Shown here: piece after piece, positions 1 through 11,413 of the stretch
Numbering within the stretch: the first letter of the stretch is position 1
How the letters are laid out: each line of letters opens with the position of its first letter
Source: an uncultured Gemmatimonadaceae bacterium
GTDB taxonomy: Bacteria; Gemmatimonadota; Gemmatimonadetes; Gemmatimonadales; Gemmatimonadaceae
DNA length: 64,000 nt
Assembly (NCBI GenBank): GCA_963829055.1
Contig: CAWHHI010000009.1
Coordinates: 1 to 64,000 of the forward strand
Direction of reading: 5' to 3'
The notes under the pieces: model-generated
Databases searched by the model: none
What the model was told of the DNA's origin: nothing
The model's input: the letters and a program-made list of their open reading frames with translations, nothing else
Program-made: the position numbers and the translations under genes

Positions 1-43
1 TCGGTCGAGCCGCCTGATCAGGCGGACCGGTAACACGCTGCGA

Positions 44-451
44 TTACCCGAGCAACTCGAACCCGGCGACGGCGAAGTGCCGGTCGAATGCGAATGCGTG
101 CGTCACCTTGTGTCGACGCATGACCTCGAAGCTGACGGCGTCGATGAGGGGGAACGTCTGATCGGGGTAGCGAGCCAGCCATCTGACGACCGCTTCGCGC
201 TGGAGGTCCGGTGAGACCGCAAGCCAGTCATGCACCGGGTCGTCGAGCAGTGCGGACACCGCGACGCGCGCTTCAGTGGATCCGCGCAGGTACAGCAGGT
301 GCGAGTGGAACTCAGTCAGAATCAACGTGGTGCCGACGAACTGTCCGCCGGCCCCGAGGTGTCGCTCCGCTATGTCAATGGCACGCGCGTGATGTTGGTC
401 TTTCCGCCGGCTGAGCGCGAGCAGGGCGCCCGTGTCAACGAGTGCGCGCAC
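44..451 (-). CDS. vapC: PIN-domain (VapC-like) toxin
   Basis: GTG start at 451; N-terminal ALVDTGAL and C-terminal LIDAVSF...AFAFDRHF PIN motifs; overlaps the upstream small gene. Confidence 0.85.
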   Translation of the reverse strand: MRALVDTGALLALSRRKDQHHARAIDIAERHLGAGGQFVGTTLILTEFHSHLLYLRGSTEARVAVSALLDDPVHDWLAVSPDLQREAVVRWLARYPDQTFPLIDAVSFEVMRRHKVTHAFAFDRHFAVAGFELLG

Positions 452-743
452 GCTTTGGCGGTGTGCGTCGCTTGTACTCTCCTCCATACAGGTAGTCGTC
501 AGCCCGCTCGGCGACGTCGGGCGGGAGGTCGTCGTTGCCGGCCGTCGCGACGAGTTGGCGTAACGAGAATCCCGGCGCCCTGCCCGTAAGGGCCTCATCG
601 GCCAGGCGGCGGAGCCCGCGACGGAACAACTCCGTTTTCGGGAGCCCAGTGGCGTTGGTCAATTCCTCGAGGAGCGCGCGATCACGCTCATCGAGGTAGA
701 CGACGACCTGTTCACGTACGCGCTTTGGTACTGCCTTCGCCAT
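435..743 (-). CDS. RHH/CopG-type antitoxin (VapB-like)
   Basis: VVVYLDERD...LPKTELFRRGL ribbon-helix-helix pattern; overlaps the PIN gene start. Confidence 0.75.
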   Translation of the reverse strand: MAKAVPKRVREQVVVYLDERDRALLEELTNATGLPKTELFRRGLRRLADEALTGRAPGFSLRQLVATAGNDDLPPDVAERADDYLYGGEYKRRTPPKRARTR

Positions 744-750
744 TGTACCT

Positions 751-767
751 GTACATGTAGTGTGTAC
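751..767. promoter_or_regulatory. Possible TA autoregulatory operator
   Basis: GTACA-N7-TGTAC inverted repeat in the AT-rich stretch just upstream of the antitoxin ATG. Confidence 0.35.
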
Positions 768-806
768 TAGCACAATCTACTATGAAATCACGCACAATGA
801 GTGCAG

Positions 807-1307
807 TCAGTGGGCCCACGCGCCAGGCCCGCTGGTCACGCGACGCAGTGGCGTGCGAAGCATGACGGAGACGATATGCCGTGGCGCATCGGGCGGCAGA
901 TCCGGGAGATCACTGGCGGCGTCGATCCGCAACTCGCGAGCGAGACGCCTGACCTCAGCCGGCTCGCTGAACGCGATCAATGCGAACTCCACTCGTCGAT
1001 TGTCAGGCGCGCGCATCTCGACGTCGACGAACATGCGCCCGAGGCCTAAGATTTTCCGGCCCGCGGGCGTCGTCTCGAGGAGGTCATCGATCACGCGGTC
1101 GTCCACGTCGTCAGGGCACAGGCCGTTCGCCTCGAGGTGCGTCCTGAGGGCGTGCGTCGCGGTGAGCATCCCGGCAAGACGCGGGAACAGTTGCAGGCCA
1201 TAGGTCGTGGGCCAGAACACGCCGCCGCGTTGTCCGGGGTGCGGTGATGCCGCCTCGAGGTCAGAGTGGCCGATGACGAGCCCGCAGTGATAGAACGTGT
1301 ATGACAT
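807..1307 (-). CDS. Hypothetical protein
   Basis: 166-aa ORF with protein-like composition and ATG start. Confidence 0.65.
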   Translation of the reverse strand: MSYTFYHCGLVIGHSDLEAASPHPGQRGGVFWPTTYGLQLFPRLAGMLTATHALRTHLEANGLCPDDVDDRVIDDLLETTPAGRKILGLGRMFVDVEMRAPDNRRVEFALIAFSEPAEVRRLARELRIDAASDLPDLPPDAPRHIVSVMLRTPLRRVTSGPGAWAH

Positions 1308-1460
1308 GGCCGCACGTTACCACCTCAGCCGCTCAGCGCGTCATCATTGCAGCGCACCGCGTGCCGATTCAACGCGGTCAGCGCCTAACGCAATTCAAGC
1401 GACGGCACAGCGAGCCGCCAACGCACTCGCGGTGGCCGCTCGCTCACGGTATCATGTGGC

Positions 1461-4167
1461 GTGACCTCCGGACCTACCGTACGCCCCGAAGATGTCCCGC
1501 TCCACGACGACGTGCGGTGGCTCGCCGCATCGCTCGGCAAGGTCATCCAGCGCCTGGAAGGCCAGGCGGCGTTCGAGAGCGTCGAGTCCCTGCGTCAGGC
1601 GTGCCGAGCGCGTCGCCACGGCGAGCCTGACGCGCCCACGCTCGACGCGTTGCTCGAGCAGGTGTCGGCGCTCCCCATCGAGCGCGCCGCGATCGTGGCC
1701 CGAGCGTTCACGCTCTTCTTCCTGCTGATCAACACCGCGGAGCAGGTCCACCGCGTTCGCCGCACCCGCGCGCACCGCTCGGCCGAGACCGACGCGCCGC
1801 AGCCCGGGGGAGCGCGGTGGGCCATGCGCACGCTCAAGTCGGAAGGGCACGACGCCGCGGCGGTGGAGCGCGCGATGCTGTCGCTGGACGTTAGGCCGGT
1901 GCTCACCGCGCACCCCACCGAGTCCACGCGACGGACGCTGCTCGGACTTCAGGCGCGCGTCGCCGACATGCTGCTCGAGCGCGAGGGTGCGCCGCCGGCC
2001 GACCGACGCGTCATCGAGGACCAGCTCGATGCCGAGGTGGAGTTGCTCTGGCTGACCAATGAGGTGCGCGACGATCGTCCCACGGTGATGGACGAGGTGA
2101 GCACGGTCATCTGGTATCTCGAGACGCGCCTGCTCGACGCGAGTGAGCGCGCGAGGGCAACGCTCGTGCGCGCGTTCGAGGAGGAGTTCGCCGCGACGTC
2201 CGAGTCGCTCAGAAGCTCGGTGCCGCTCACGATCGGCAACTGGGTCGGCGGCGACCGCGACGGCAACCCGTTCGTCACTCCGGAGGTGACCATCGCGACC
2301 GCGCGCCGCGCCAGCTACGCGATACTCGGCCGGTACGCCGCCGCGCTCGACGAGCTGGTGGAGCGTCTGTCGGTCTCGGCCGCGCTGGCGGAGCCGAGCG
2401 ACGCGCTGCTCGGGTCGATTGCCAGCGACGCGGCGCTCCTGCCTAACGTCTACGAGGCGAACAAGCGACGCAACGCGAACGAACCGGTACGCCTCAAGCT
2501 CACGCTGATGCGCGCGCGCGTGGACGCCACGCGCCGACTCACCGCGGCACGGGACGCCGGGCGCACCGCGGAGGAGCCGGCCGCCTACGCCAGAGCGGCC
2601 GAGTTGGAGCAGGACCTCCTGCTCGTGCGCGAGAATCTCGTGAATGCCGGCGCGACGCGCGCGACCGAGGCGACGATCGATCCACTGTTGGCGATGCTGC
2701 GCGCGCACGGGTTCTACGGATACGTGATGGACATCCGCGACCACGCCGACTCGCACCGCGAGGCGGTGGCGGGGAAGAACCCGCGCGTCCTCGAGACCTT
2801 TCGGGCGATTCGCGCGATCCAGGACGAGATGGGCGAGCGCGCCGCGAGCACGTACATCGTCTCGATGACGACCGAGCCCGCCGACCTGCTGCGCGTCCTG
2901 CAGCTCGGCACAGAGGCCGGGCTCGTGGCTCTCGATGAGATCCCTCCCAGGTCGAGTCTCGACGTGGTGCCGCTGTTCGAGACGCGAGCCGACCTCGAAC
3001 GCGCGCCCGAAGTCATGGGCGCGCTACTGCGCGATGAGCTGTACGTTAGGCAGCTGCGCGCGCGCGGCAACCGGCAGGAAGTGATGATCGGCTACTCGGA
3101 CTCGGCCAAGGATGCCGGCATCCTGGCGTCGGCGTGGGCGCTGTACGAGGGGCAGGAGCGTCTCGCGACGCTGTTCGCCGATGCGGGCATCGCGCTCGAG
3201 CTCTTCCACGGCCGAGGGGGAGGTGCAGGGCGCGGTGGTGGGTCGCCGGTCTATCGCGCGCTCGCCGCGCTGCCGCCGGGGACGGTGAACGGACGCATCA
3301 AGATCACCGAGCAGGGCGAGATCGTCTCGCAGCAGTTCGGATTGCTGCCGGTGGCCGAGCGTACGCTGGAGGTGACGCTCGCGGGCGTGCTGATGCAGCA
3401 GTTCAATCCCGGGCCGGACGATCCGTCAGAGACGGAGCTGCGTGAGTTCCGTGATACGATGACCGACCTCGCGCAGCGCGGGCTCGCCGTGTATCGCGAG
3501 CTCGTACACGAGGATGATGCGCTGTTCCGGATGTTCCGCTCGGTGACGCCGGTCGATGCGCTCGCGAACGCGCGGTTCGGGTCGCGTCCCTCGTTCCGGC
3601 CGGGTGGGAAGGAGGGCATCGAGGGGATACGGGCGATTCCGTGGGTGTTCGGGTGGACGCAGATGCGGCTGATGCTTCCGGGGTGGCTCGGGGTCGGAAC
3701 GGCGTTAGGCTCATTACGTGGAGACGGCGGGTGGGCTCGACCTGTTGCAGCGCATGGCGCGGCGCTGGCCGTTCTTCGACGATCTCCTGAGCAAGATCGA
3801 GATGGTGTGCGCGAAGGCGGACATGGAGATCGCGCGGCTCTACGTCGAGACGCTCGGCGGGGACGTTAGGCTGTTCGAGCGTCTGGAAGCGGAATACGAC
3901 GCGACGGTCAGCGCCATCCTGCGGATCAGAGAGAGCGATGTGCTGATGCGGGACACGCCGGTGATCCAGTCGGCGATCATGCTGAGGAATCCGTACGTGG
4001 ATCCCTTGTCACTCATCCAGGTGTCGCTGCTGCGGAGACGAACGGTGGGCGGAGGGGACGAGCACACGGCGGGCGATTCGACGTCCGACCCTACGGCTCA
4101 CACCGTTGATTCCGTCCTGTCGACGACGCTGAGCGGTATCGCACAGGGTCTGCGAAACACGGGGTAG
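1461..4167 (+). CDS. ppc: Phosphoenolpyruvate carboxylase (frameshift near 3715)
   Basis: VLTAHPTE, GGDRDGNP, QEVMIGYSDSAKD, FHGRGG, RAIPWVF, LRNPY and terminal GLRNTG motifs across ORFs 1461..3869 and 3718..4167. Confidence 0.95.
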
Positions 4168-4180
4168 GTTGCGCAGGTTG

Positions 4181-5505
4181 CTACCGGCCAACGGCGACGC
4201 ACGTGCCCGGCGGTTTCCCCGCGCGTGGAACGGCGTGGTCGCCGCCGGGGACTCTGGCGTAGATTGCCGAAGCCCGTTCGAGAAAAGTCTGCGCCGCTTT
4301 GCAGTCGCCTTGTGCGGCGAGCACCGGAGCCATCTCGACCAGCCAACCGGCCGTCTCCGCGTCCCACGTTGCCATTCCCTCGACGGTGAACCCGAGCACC
4401 TCGCGCGCGAGATTCGCCGCGCCCCGGTCGTCGCCCCGGTGATGCCGAAGCATGGCGAGTTCCAGCACTGTCCTTCCATAGTCGATGTCCCCGCTTGCGA
4501 CCTTGCGGTAGACGTCCACGGAACGGCGGAGCATCTCTTCGGCTCCCGCGAGGTCGCCACGCAGTCGTGACATGGCGGACAAGTTGGCGAGGCTGCCGGC
4601 GACGTCTCGGTGGTACTCGCCGAGTGCGCGCAGGCGTCCCTCGAGGACCTCGCGCTGCATGCGCTCCGCCGTAACGAGGTCGCCTCGGTCCTTGATGATC
4701 AACGACAGCTGGGATTTCGTGGACAGGGTGGCCGGATGGCCGGACCCGAGCCGTCGCTCCTGGATCGAGAGCGCCCGACGTGCCGCTCGCTCGGCACCTT
4801 CCCTGTCGGCGGCGCTCAGTATCCAGGCAAGGCGCGTGAGCCCACTCGCGACTCGCGGATGGTCAGGTCCGAACAGGTGCTCGTTGATCGCGATCGATCG
4901 TCGCACGAGCTGTTCGGCGCCGGCGTCATCTCGCGCCAAGGAGCGCTCGATGGACAGTCCGTCGAGTGCGTGCGCGAGCTCGGACCTCTCTTCGTGCTTC
5001 TCCAGAATGACGATTGCCTGCCGAAGCAACCTGCCGGCCTCGACGTGGTCACCCCAGTCGCGGCGGACCGCGCCCAGTTCAATCAGCGTGGCCGCCACTT
5101 CCGGATGGTCCGCCGGGAGGACGCCTGACGAATCGCCAACGCGCTCCGAAGCCATGCCTCGCAGGATTCGTAGGAGTTCTCCAGACGCAGCGTCGCCCCG
5201 AGCTCGTGAAAGAGACTTGCCAGCCCGCAGTCCGTGCGGTCGTTAGGCGGAAGGACGCGGCGGCGCTCGTCGATGGCCTGGCGGAACAACGTCTCGGCCG
5301 GCGCGTAGCTCCCAAGGTTGCGACGGATCACGCCGAGTTGGTGCAGCAATTCCACGCGCACGTCAGGCTGTCCCGCCAGCTCACGCTCGATGCGCGCGGC
5401 GGCAGCGTCGAGCGGTCCGCGTGCGTTGACGCCACTGCTGGTATCTGCCGGCTGGAACGGGTCCGCTTCGCGAAACATCCCGACCAGAAAGCCCGTGAAT
5501 CCCAT
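4181..5505 (-). pseudogene. 5'-truncated TPR-repeat region of a Ser/Thr kinase-TPR protein
   Basis: TPR repeats (GPDHPRVA, GSGHPATL); begins at FLVGMFREADP, equivalent to the post-membrane segment of the kinase at 46552-49592; no kinase domain; frameshifted near 5100-5155. Confidence 0.65.
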
Positions 5506-6052
5506 GCGACCTCAGTTCCACATCGCCAGCCTGTTCGTGCTCGCATCGTCCATCCCGGTTGCTGGCTGCGACCCGTCGCCGGTTGCCGCCACGCCAACGG
5601 GCCCGTCGCGTGCGGCTGCCGCCGATCCGGCAGCCGCGCGTTCAGTGCCTAACGCGGCTAACGAATCGCCGCAGGAGCGCGCCGTGCTGGCCGCGATGGA
5701 GGCGCTCAAGCAGGCGATCATCGATGCGGATGTCGCTGAGCTCGCCCGCACGTGGACCGACGACTACACGTTCATCAACCCGCAGGGTGCGATCGTGACG
5801 CGCGCGCAGCGACTCGCGAACCTCGCGTCAGGCAACACCGACGTGAGCGTCATCGACGACGAGCGTGAGATTACGGTGCGCGTGTACGGCGACATGGCCG
5901 TCGTGCAGAACCTGTCCACGCTGCACGGCCGTTTCAACGGCGTCCCGACCGACACCGACCTGCGCGGCACCTTCGTATGGATCCGCCGCGACGGTCGCTG
6001 GAGGCTCGTCACCAATCAACTCACTGCGGTAACGGTCTCACCGTCGAGCTGA
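5504..6052 (+). CDS. NTF2-like (DUF4440) lipoprotein
   Basis: Signal peptide ending VAGC; DDYTFINPQG...VRVYGDMAVV...WIRRDGRWRLV. Confidence 0.85.
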   Translation: MRPQFHIASLFVLASSIPVAGCDPSPVAATPTGPSRAAAADPAAARSVPNAANESPQERAVLAAMEALKQAIIDADVAELARTWTDDYTFINPQGAIVTRAQRLANLASGNTDVSVIDDEREITVRVYGDMAVVQNLSTLHGRFNGVPTDTDLRGTFVWIRRDGRWRLVTNQLTAVTVSPSS

Positions 6053-6175
6053 GCGATGCGGACCACCATGAGACGCCAGGCCAGTCCGGAACCCGAGAAG
6101 CGCTCGCGGTAGGCGCACCTGGCGGAATTGTCGATGGACAGGCATCCAGAAAACCAGCGCTTACGCGACAATCAT

Positions 6176-6727
6176 CTATTGCCCAAGTGTTCGGATGTCC
6201 GCTGCCACATCGGAAAGATCGTCGTCGAGCTGATGGTCCCGCCTCTCGAGGCGGCGAACCACGGCGTGCGGAAGCGCCCGCTCGAAGAGGTCGACGTGCG
6301 CGAACGGTACCGTCTGGTCATTGCTGCCGTGATACAGGAACACCGGCGTCCCGGCCGGAAGCCTCGCGGCAAGAGGTCTCGGCAGCTCGAACTCGTCGTC
6401 CGTCCACCCGCCGTCACCTACGAAAGCTGCGGCGATGAGAAAAATGCCGCCGGCCCTGCCTTTGAGCCCGCCCTCGGCGAGAAACCTGATGAGCATCGTT
6501 GCGCCGATGGAATGGCCGACGAGGATCACGCCGTCGTGGCTCGTCGCCACCACGTCCGCCAGACGTGGCCGCCACGCCGGGTATTCGGGCGATGACTCGT
6601 TAGGCATCGTCGGGTAGCGGACATCGTACCCTGCACCCAATTCGTTGCGCAAGCTGGCCACGAGCCTGCCGTCCTCGGCGTGGGCGCCCTCGCCTCCGCC
6701 CTGAACGAACACCACTTCTTTCTTCAT
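6176..6727 (-). CDS. Alpha/beta hydrolase (YdeN/RBBP9-like)
   Basis: GHSIG nucleophile elbow, HGSNDQTVP, C-terminal His. Confidence 0.85.
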   Translation of the reverse strand: MKKEVVFVQGGGEGAHAEDGRLVASLRNELGAGYDVRYPTMPNESSPEYPAWRPRLADVVATSHDGVILVGHSIGATMLIRFLAEGGLKGRAGGIFLIAAAFVGDGGWTDDEFELPRPLAARLPAGTPVFLYHGSNDQTVPFAHVDLFERALPHAVVRRLERRDHQLDDDLSDVAADIRTLGQ

Positions 6728-6933
6728 TTCGAGGAGTCGTCGGACTGGCCGTCAGCTTGATCGCTGTTCGGCGTTGGTCTCGTCGGCCGTGGGGCCCCGT
6801 CGGGCGCGGCAGCGTCGGCTTCGACAGTTGGGAGAGGATCGGTATACGGAACAGTTCCGTCCGATGGCGCTGGCGCTACGCGTTCGGGCACGCGCTGGGG
6901 TGGCTGTGACTTGGACTTGTCCATGGTCATCAC
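6724..6933 (-). CDS. Small Pro-rich hypothetical protein
   Basis: ATGA overlap with the downstream hydrolase. Confidence 0.45.
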   Translation of the reverse strand: MMTMDKSKSQPPQRVPERVAPAPSDGTVPYTDPLPTVEADAAAPDGAPRPTRPTPNSDQADGQSDDSSK

Positions 6934-7137
6934 CGGCAGGCTAGGGGAGCGGGCTCTTCGCAGGGGAGCCCCGCCAGGCTATCCGGCAGACGGCATGCCG
7001 CCAGCGGAGGTGACAGCGTTCAGACGAGGCTGCATTCGCAACTGCGAGGTCGAGGAATCCCCCGTGCCTAACGTGTCGGTGCTGCCGTGCTGAGCTTCTG
7101 TTCGAGGTGATCGAGTATGCTCATGAGCGCCTAACGC

Positions 7138-7644
7138 TCAATTCGATTGCTTCGCGGCCGTCGGGGGCGGGCCGTTACTGTTCCAGATGAGTCGCGCCAG
7201 CTTCCATTCACCGTTGAGACGCTGGTAAACCCAGAGATACTTGGCGCTCTCCGTCGCGGCCGGACCGCCGGCCTTCGGGGTCATGGTTTCCGTCGCTGTC
7301 CCGCGGTCGAACGCCCAGTCGCCGGCGATGACGATCTCGTCGCTCTTGTACTGAACCTCCACGGTGTACGCCGCCAGGAAGTCGCGGATCCACTGGCGAT
7401 CCGCGTCGCCGATCTTCGACGGTCTGTTCGGCGGCATGGCGACGATGTCGGGAGCGGCGTGCGCGTACATGCGATCGGCGTCGCCGGCTCGCTCCGCGAT
7501 CTCGAAGTCTCGCCGGAGGCTATCCAGCGTTGCACGGTCGCGTCCGGTGTCGACCTGTGGCGCGCGCGCGGTGTCGACCTGCGCCGAGGTTCCGCACGCA
7601 GCAATGGTGACCGCCACAGCATACACCGCCAGGATGCGGGTCAT
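7138..7644 (-). CDS. NTF2-like (DUF4440/YybH) lipoprotein
   Basis: IAAC lipobox; GDWAFDRG...KYLWVYQR.NGEWKL. Confidence 0.85.
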   Translation of the reverse strand: MTRILAVYAVAVTIAACGTSAQVDTARAPQVDTGRDRATLDSLRRDFEIAERAGDADRMYAHAAPDIVAMPPNRPSKIGDADRQWIRDFLAAYTVEVQYKSDEIVIAGDWAFDRGTATETMTPKAGGPAATESAKYLWVYQRLNGEWKLARLIWNSNGPPPTAAKQSN

Positions 7645-7700
7645 GGAGCTCCGGGGATATGGGTTGGCCAACGGGCTTGATTGTCGCTCCAACGGCCCGG

Positions 7701-8273
7701 TCACTCAGTCTTCCGCACTTGGTGGCACTCGCGCCGCACAACCTGTAGTGCCTCCGCGGACGGCGCGACGTACCGGTCGCCGGGCCGACTGGACTGGGCG
7801 CGCAAGCACTTTTCATAGCCAGGCGCATTGAACACGAAGAGAACGGTGGCGGTGTCTGTGCCAACGACTCGGACGCCTACCCATGTGCCGCGAGGAACGA
7901 ACACCGCGGCACCGGAACTGACCTGGCGTGTCCTCTCCCCCAAGGCGACGTCGACGGTTCCGCGGTGGACGAACAGAATCTCTTCCTCGCCGAGATGCTT
8001 GTGGACCGGTATTGAGTCGCCCGGCACCATGTCTGAAAGGCCCGCGACAATGGTTGAGGATCCAGCCGTCACGGAGTCAACGAGGATGTACACCGGCCTG
8101 CGCCCTTGCATCGAGCGATGCTCTCCTTCGCCGCGCGCGAGGATGACGGGGCGGGCCGCATCGTACGATGGGTTGCCCGAGTGGGAGGCGGCATTGCTCG
8201 CGCCGGTCGCGTGCGAACACGCGGCAAGGAACCCGGTTAGTGCGAATGCATAGTCAAGAGACAGTCGGCCCAT
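7701..8273 (-). CDS. Cupin-domain lipoprotein
   Basis: LAAC lipobox; PVHKHLGEEEILFVHRG and VFVPRGTW cupin motifs. Confidence 0.8.
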   Translation of the reverse strand: MGRLSLDYAFALTGFLAACSHATGASNAASHSGNPSYDAARPVILARGEGEHRSMQGRRPVYILVDSVTAGSSTIVAGLSDMVPGDSIPVHKHLGEEEILFVHRGTVDVALGERTRQVSSGAAVFVPRGTWVGVRVVGTDTATVLFVFNAPGYEKCLRAQSSRPGDRYVAPSAEALQVVRRECHQVRKTE

Positions 8274-8485
8274 TGCTGTTGATGCCGTGGGTCGGGTCGC
8301 TGTCCGCGGAATCGCGACGGCCTCGTACGTGCTGAACGCGTGCCTGATGTTCCCGAACGCCTCGCTCGTGCGCGCGATCTCGCGTTCGCTGAACCCGTGT
8401 ATCGTCATGGTTGCCTCCCGCCTTCGGTCGACGTGAACGGACAATGCGTCGACGCAAGGCCAGGGCGCCTAACGTGGTCGACGCC

Positions 8486-10222
8486 TCATTGACGCGTCGC
8501 GTTCCGCTCCACCTGCGCCATCATGATCCGCAGCAACTCCTGATTCGTCCACGGCTGCCACCCATGCGGCTTGAGCGGACGCCCGTACTCGACCGTCCCC
8601 GCATAGTACGGCCCTTTCCCCGGCTCCTTCGTGCTCTCGAGGAACGTCTCCATCCGATACACGCCGAGGTTGAGGAAGTAGTTGTCCATGTCCCCGACCG
8701 CGATGTGCAGCTTCCCCACGAGCTGCGGGCCTAACGTCTTCCAGTTCCGCTCCACGTAGTCGCGCAGGTCATACCCCTTCGCGCGCATCTCCTCCGCGAC
8801 CGCCTTGTCGATGTGGCCCGTCCGCTTGTCCCACAGCGGCTTCGGGTAGCCGTCCGCACCCACCGGCGCCCACGCGGCCTGCCAGCCGTCCCACTGGCCG
8901 CCCGAGCGGCCCTTCGACGCGATCACGAGCTCCGCCTGGTTCTCCTCTCGCACCGTGAGCTCCGTGAGGCCCTCGATCGTGCGGCTCGACGGGATCTCGC
9001 GCGGCAGCCACGAGCCGTCGGCGTTCACGAACGCGTTCGTGTCCGCGTAGATGTTGCCGAACTGATAGTTGCGGAAGTCGAGCTGGTCGGGGTAGAGGCC
9101 CCACGCGCCGCCGAACACGTTAGGGTAGTGGATCTGCAGCGCCAGCACGTCCCACCCGCCCGTCGAGCCGCCCGTCAGCACGCGCGCGTACGGCGACGCG
9201 ATCGTGCGGAATCGCTTGTCGATCTCGGGGATCAGCTCCTGCGTGATCGCGTCGCCATACGGGCCATTGTTGGCCGAGTTGAGGACGTAGCTGTCGTCGT
9301 AGTACGGGGTCGTGTGCTGGATGAAGACCGCGATCACCTCCGGCACCTTGCCCGTCGTCCACGCCTGCTGGAGCTCGCATCCCGGGCTCGCGATTCGTGC
9401 GCGCGAGACGCGCGGCCCTCGCCTCCGCGGTCTCCGGCTTGTCGCACCCCTGGAGCGTGAAGCCTAACGGGGGACGCTCGCTGTAGTGCCCGACAGTGTA
9501 GACGACCGGATAGCGCTTCGTCGTGTTCTCGGCGTAGCCCTTGGGCAGCAGGACGACGGCGCCTAACGGCATGGGGTGACCCCAGAACGCGCTCGCGAGC
9601 TTCGACGTCATGTGCACGCGCTTCACCCACTCGGTCTCGGTCTGCGCGGCGACCTGTGGGATGACCTTCGCGAGCGACAGCGACACGGTGGTCTTCTTCG
9701 CGGGGTCGATGTGCACCTTCCGCACTTCACTGATAAGCGAGCCCGGGGATCTATTGAAGCGCTGCCCCTCGCCGGCATCCATGTGCGCCCAGATCGTGTG
9801 GCCGTCGCTGCGCTTGAACTGCGTGTACGGCAGGATCATCCCCTGCACGAAGTAGTCGCCGGCGGGCAGTCTGCTTGAGCGACGCGACGGGGAAGCCGGG
9901 GACGGTCGGGTCGATCGTCACCGCCTTGCCCGGCGGCGAGCGCCTCGACGTCCACGCCGAAGAACGGCTCGCTCCCGCGGTCCGGGCCCGATTGCAGGCG
10001 CGGCTCCTCCTTGTCGGTGCGCGCGACGAACAGGAACGCGCGTCCGGTGATCGGGCCGGCATTGGCGCCGGCCGGATAGGAGAGCTGGAAGGTCTGCGCG
10101 CGCGCCAGCCGCGGTGCGGCGATGCACGACAGGATGGACGACGCGAGGAGGGCGAGGCGCGTTAGGCGCCGCCGGGCCGCTCGCGAGGCGAGGGCGCGCG
10201 AAGAGGTGCGGTGAGCAGGCAT
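8486..10222 (-). CDS. Secreted esterase-family alpha/beta hydrolase (several frameshifts)
   Basis: Signal peptide; VLLPKGY...YPVVY, NNGPYGDAITQELIP and GGSTGGW motifs across three ORFs. Confidence 0.8.
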
Positions 10223-10522
10223 CCCCAAACCTATCACGCGTCCCATTCGCCAGCCTCGACCGCGACGCGCGCCTCGGCCTCGCGCAGACAGCGCTCCCGG
10301 ATTATCATCTCCGTCGCTGACACCGAGGGACACGCGACCTCCTGTACTTCTGCGGAGACTGGCGCCGTGCTTCAGTGGCTGTATGAGACACCTTGGGGAG
10401 CGGCGGGGCCCGCGGCAGCGGCGTCCCCACCCGGGCGCGTCGAGCCGCCCGCGCTCCCGTTCGCGCCGCGTGCCGCGGCGATCGTCGGCCCGGTCTCCGT
10501 CATATGCCGCCGCCAGTAGCGG

Positions 10523-11395
10523 GTGCCGTGCCGGCGCCGCCGTTCCCGGTCCTCCATGCGCCGATCAGCCCGGAGGCCGAGCGTCGACAACGGGAGCTCG
10601 CAGCCTTTCTGGCCGAGATCGGGCCTCGCGAGGCTGCGGTGCGGCGGACACGTGGTGGCGCGGCACCATCCGAACCTCACCGACAAGCAACTGCAGGATC
10701 GCCTCACGACCGGTCTGGATTCAGCGGGAGCGCTCGCGGTCACGGGGGGCATCAGCTCCGCGTTCGCGTCCGAGGCGATCTTTCAGTCCACGCTGCGGCG
10801 TGTGGAGGATCTGCTCAACGCCGGTCTCGAGAGCACACGCGAGTACCTGCGCCCCAACCTCGACGAATACAAATCGACTCGCCGACTCGCGGAGGCCGCA
10901 CAGATCGCTGCATTGCCAGCCACCCTTGCACAGGCGAATCCGATCCTGACTGCCCACCGTCATGCGAGAAACGATCTGCTGGCGGCGATCCAGGTCACCC
11001 AACAGGGCACCGTCATACGTGGTCAGTTCAAGCTGCCCGCTCAAAGCGAGGATCTGCCCCCGATCGCGAATCGTGGTTTATGGGCTGCGATCCTCCGCAG
11101 CTATCTCGTCGTTCGGCTCTACGGGAGCTATTGCGTTGTCGCCTATCACTCCGGGCAGCAGGTCGGCCGTGGATTTCGGGGAACGAGCCCGCGCAGGAAG
11201 GTCGTGCAGGGGCAGGAGATCACCGTGTTCAATGTCGTCCAGCCGTTTCAGGGCCCCTCGGACCACACGTTCACGAAGTTGAAGGTGATGGGTCAGCACG
11301 ACTTCCGTATCGACCGACCGCACAACGCGCGCGACTGGGGCGTGACGACGCACTTCCCATCGGATTCGCGAACGGAAAGCATCACGCCTGCGTAG
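10523..11395 (+). CDS. Hypothetical protein with RNase-A-like toxin-type motifs; true start uncertain
   Basis: GGHVVARHHPNLTDKQLQDRL...SSAF...VGRGFRG...VTTHFP; lower GC than flanks. Confidence 0.55.
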   Translation: MPCRRRRSRSSMRRSARRPSVDNGSSQPFWPRSGLARLRCGGHVVARHHPNLTDKQLQDRLTTGLDSAGALAVTGGISSAFASEAIFQSTLRRVEDLLNAGLESTREYLRPNLDEYKSTRRLAEAAQIAALPATLAQANPILTAHRHARNDLLAAIQVTQQGTVIRGQFKLPAQSEDLPPIANRGLWAAILRSYLVVRLYGSYCVVAYHSGQQVGRGFRGTSPRRKVVQGQEITVFNVVQPFQGPSDHTFTKLKVMGQHDFRIDRPHNARDWGVTTHFPSDSRTESITPA

Positions 11396-11413
11396 CGCGA
11401 AGACCGTGATTCG

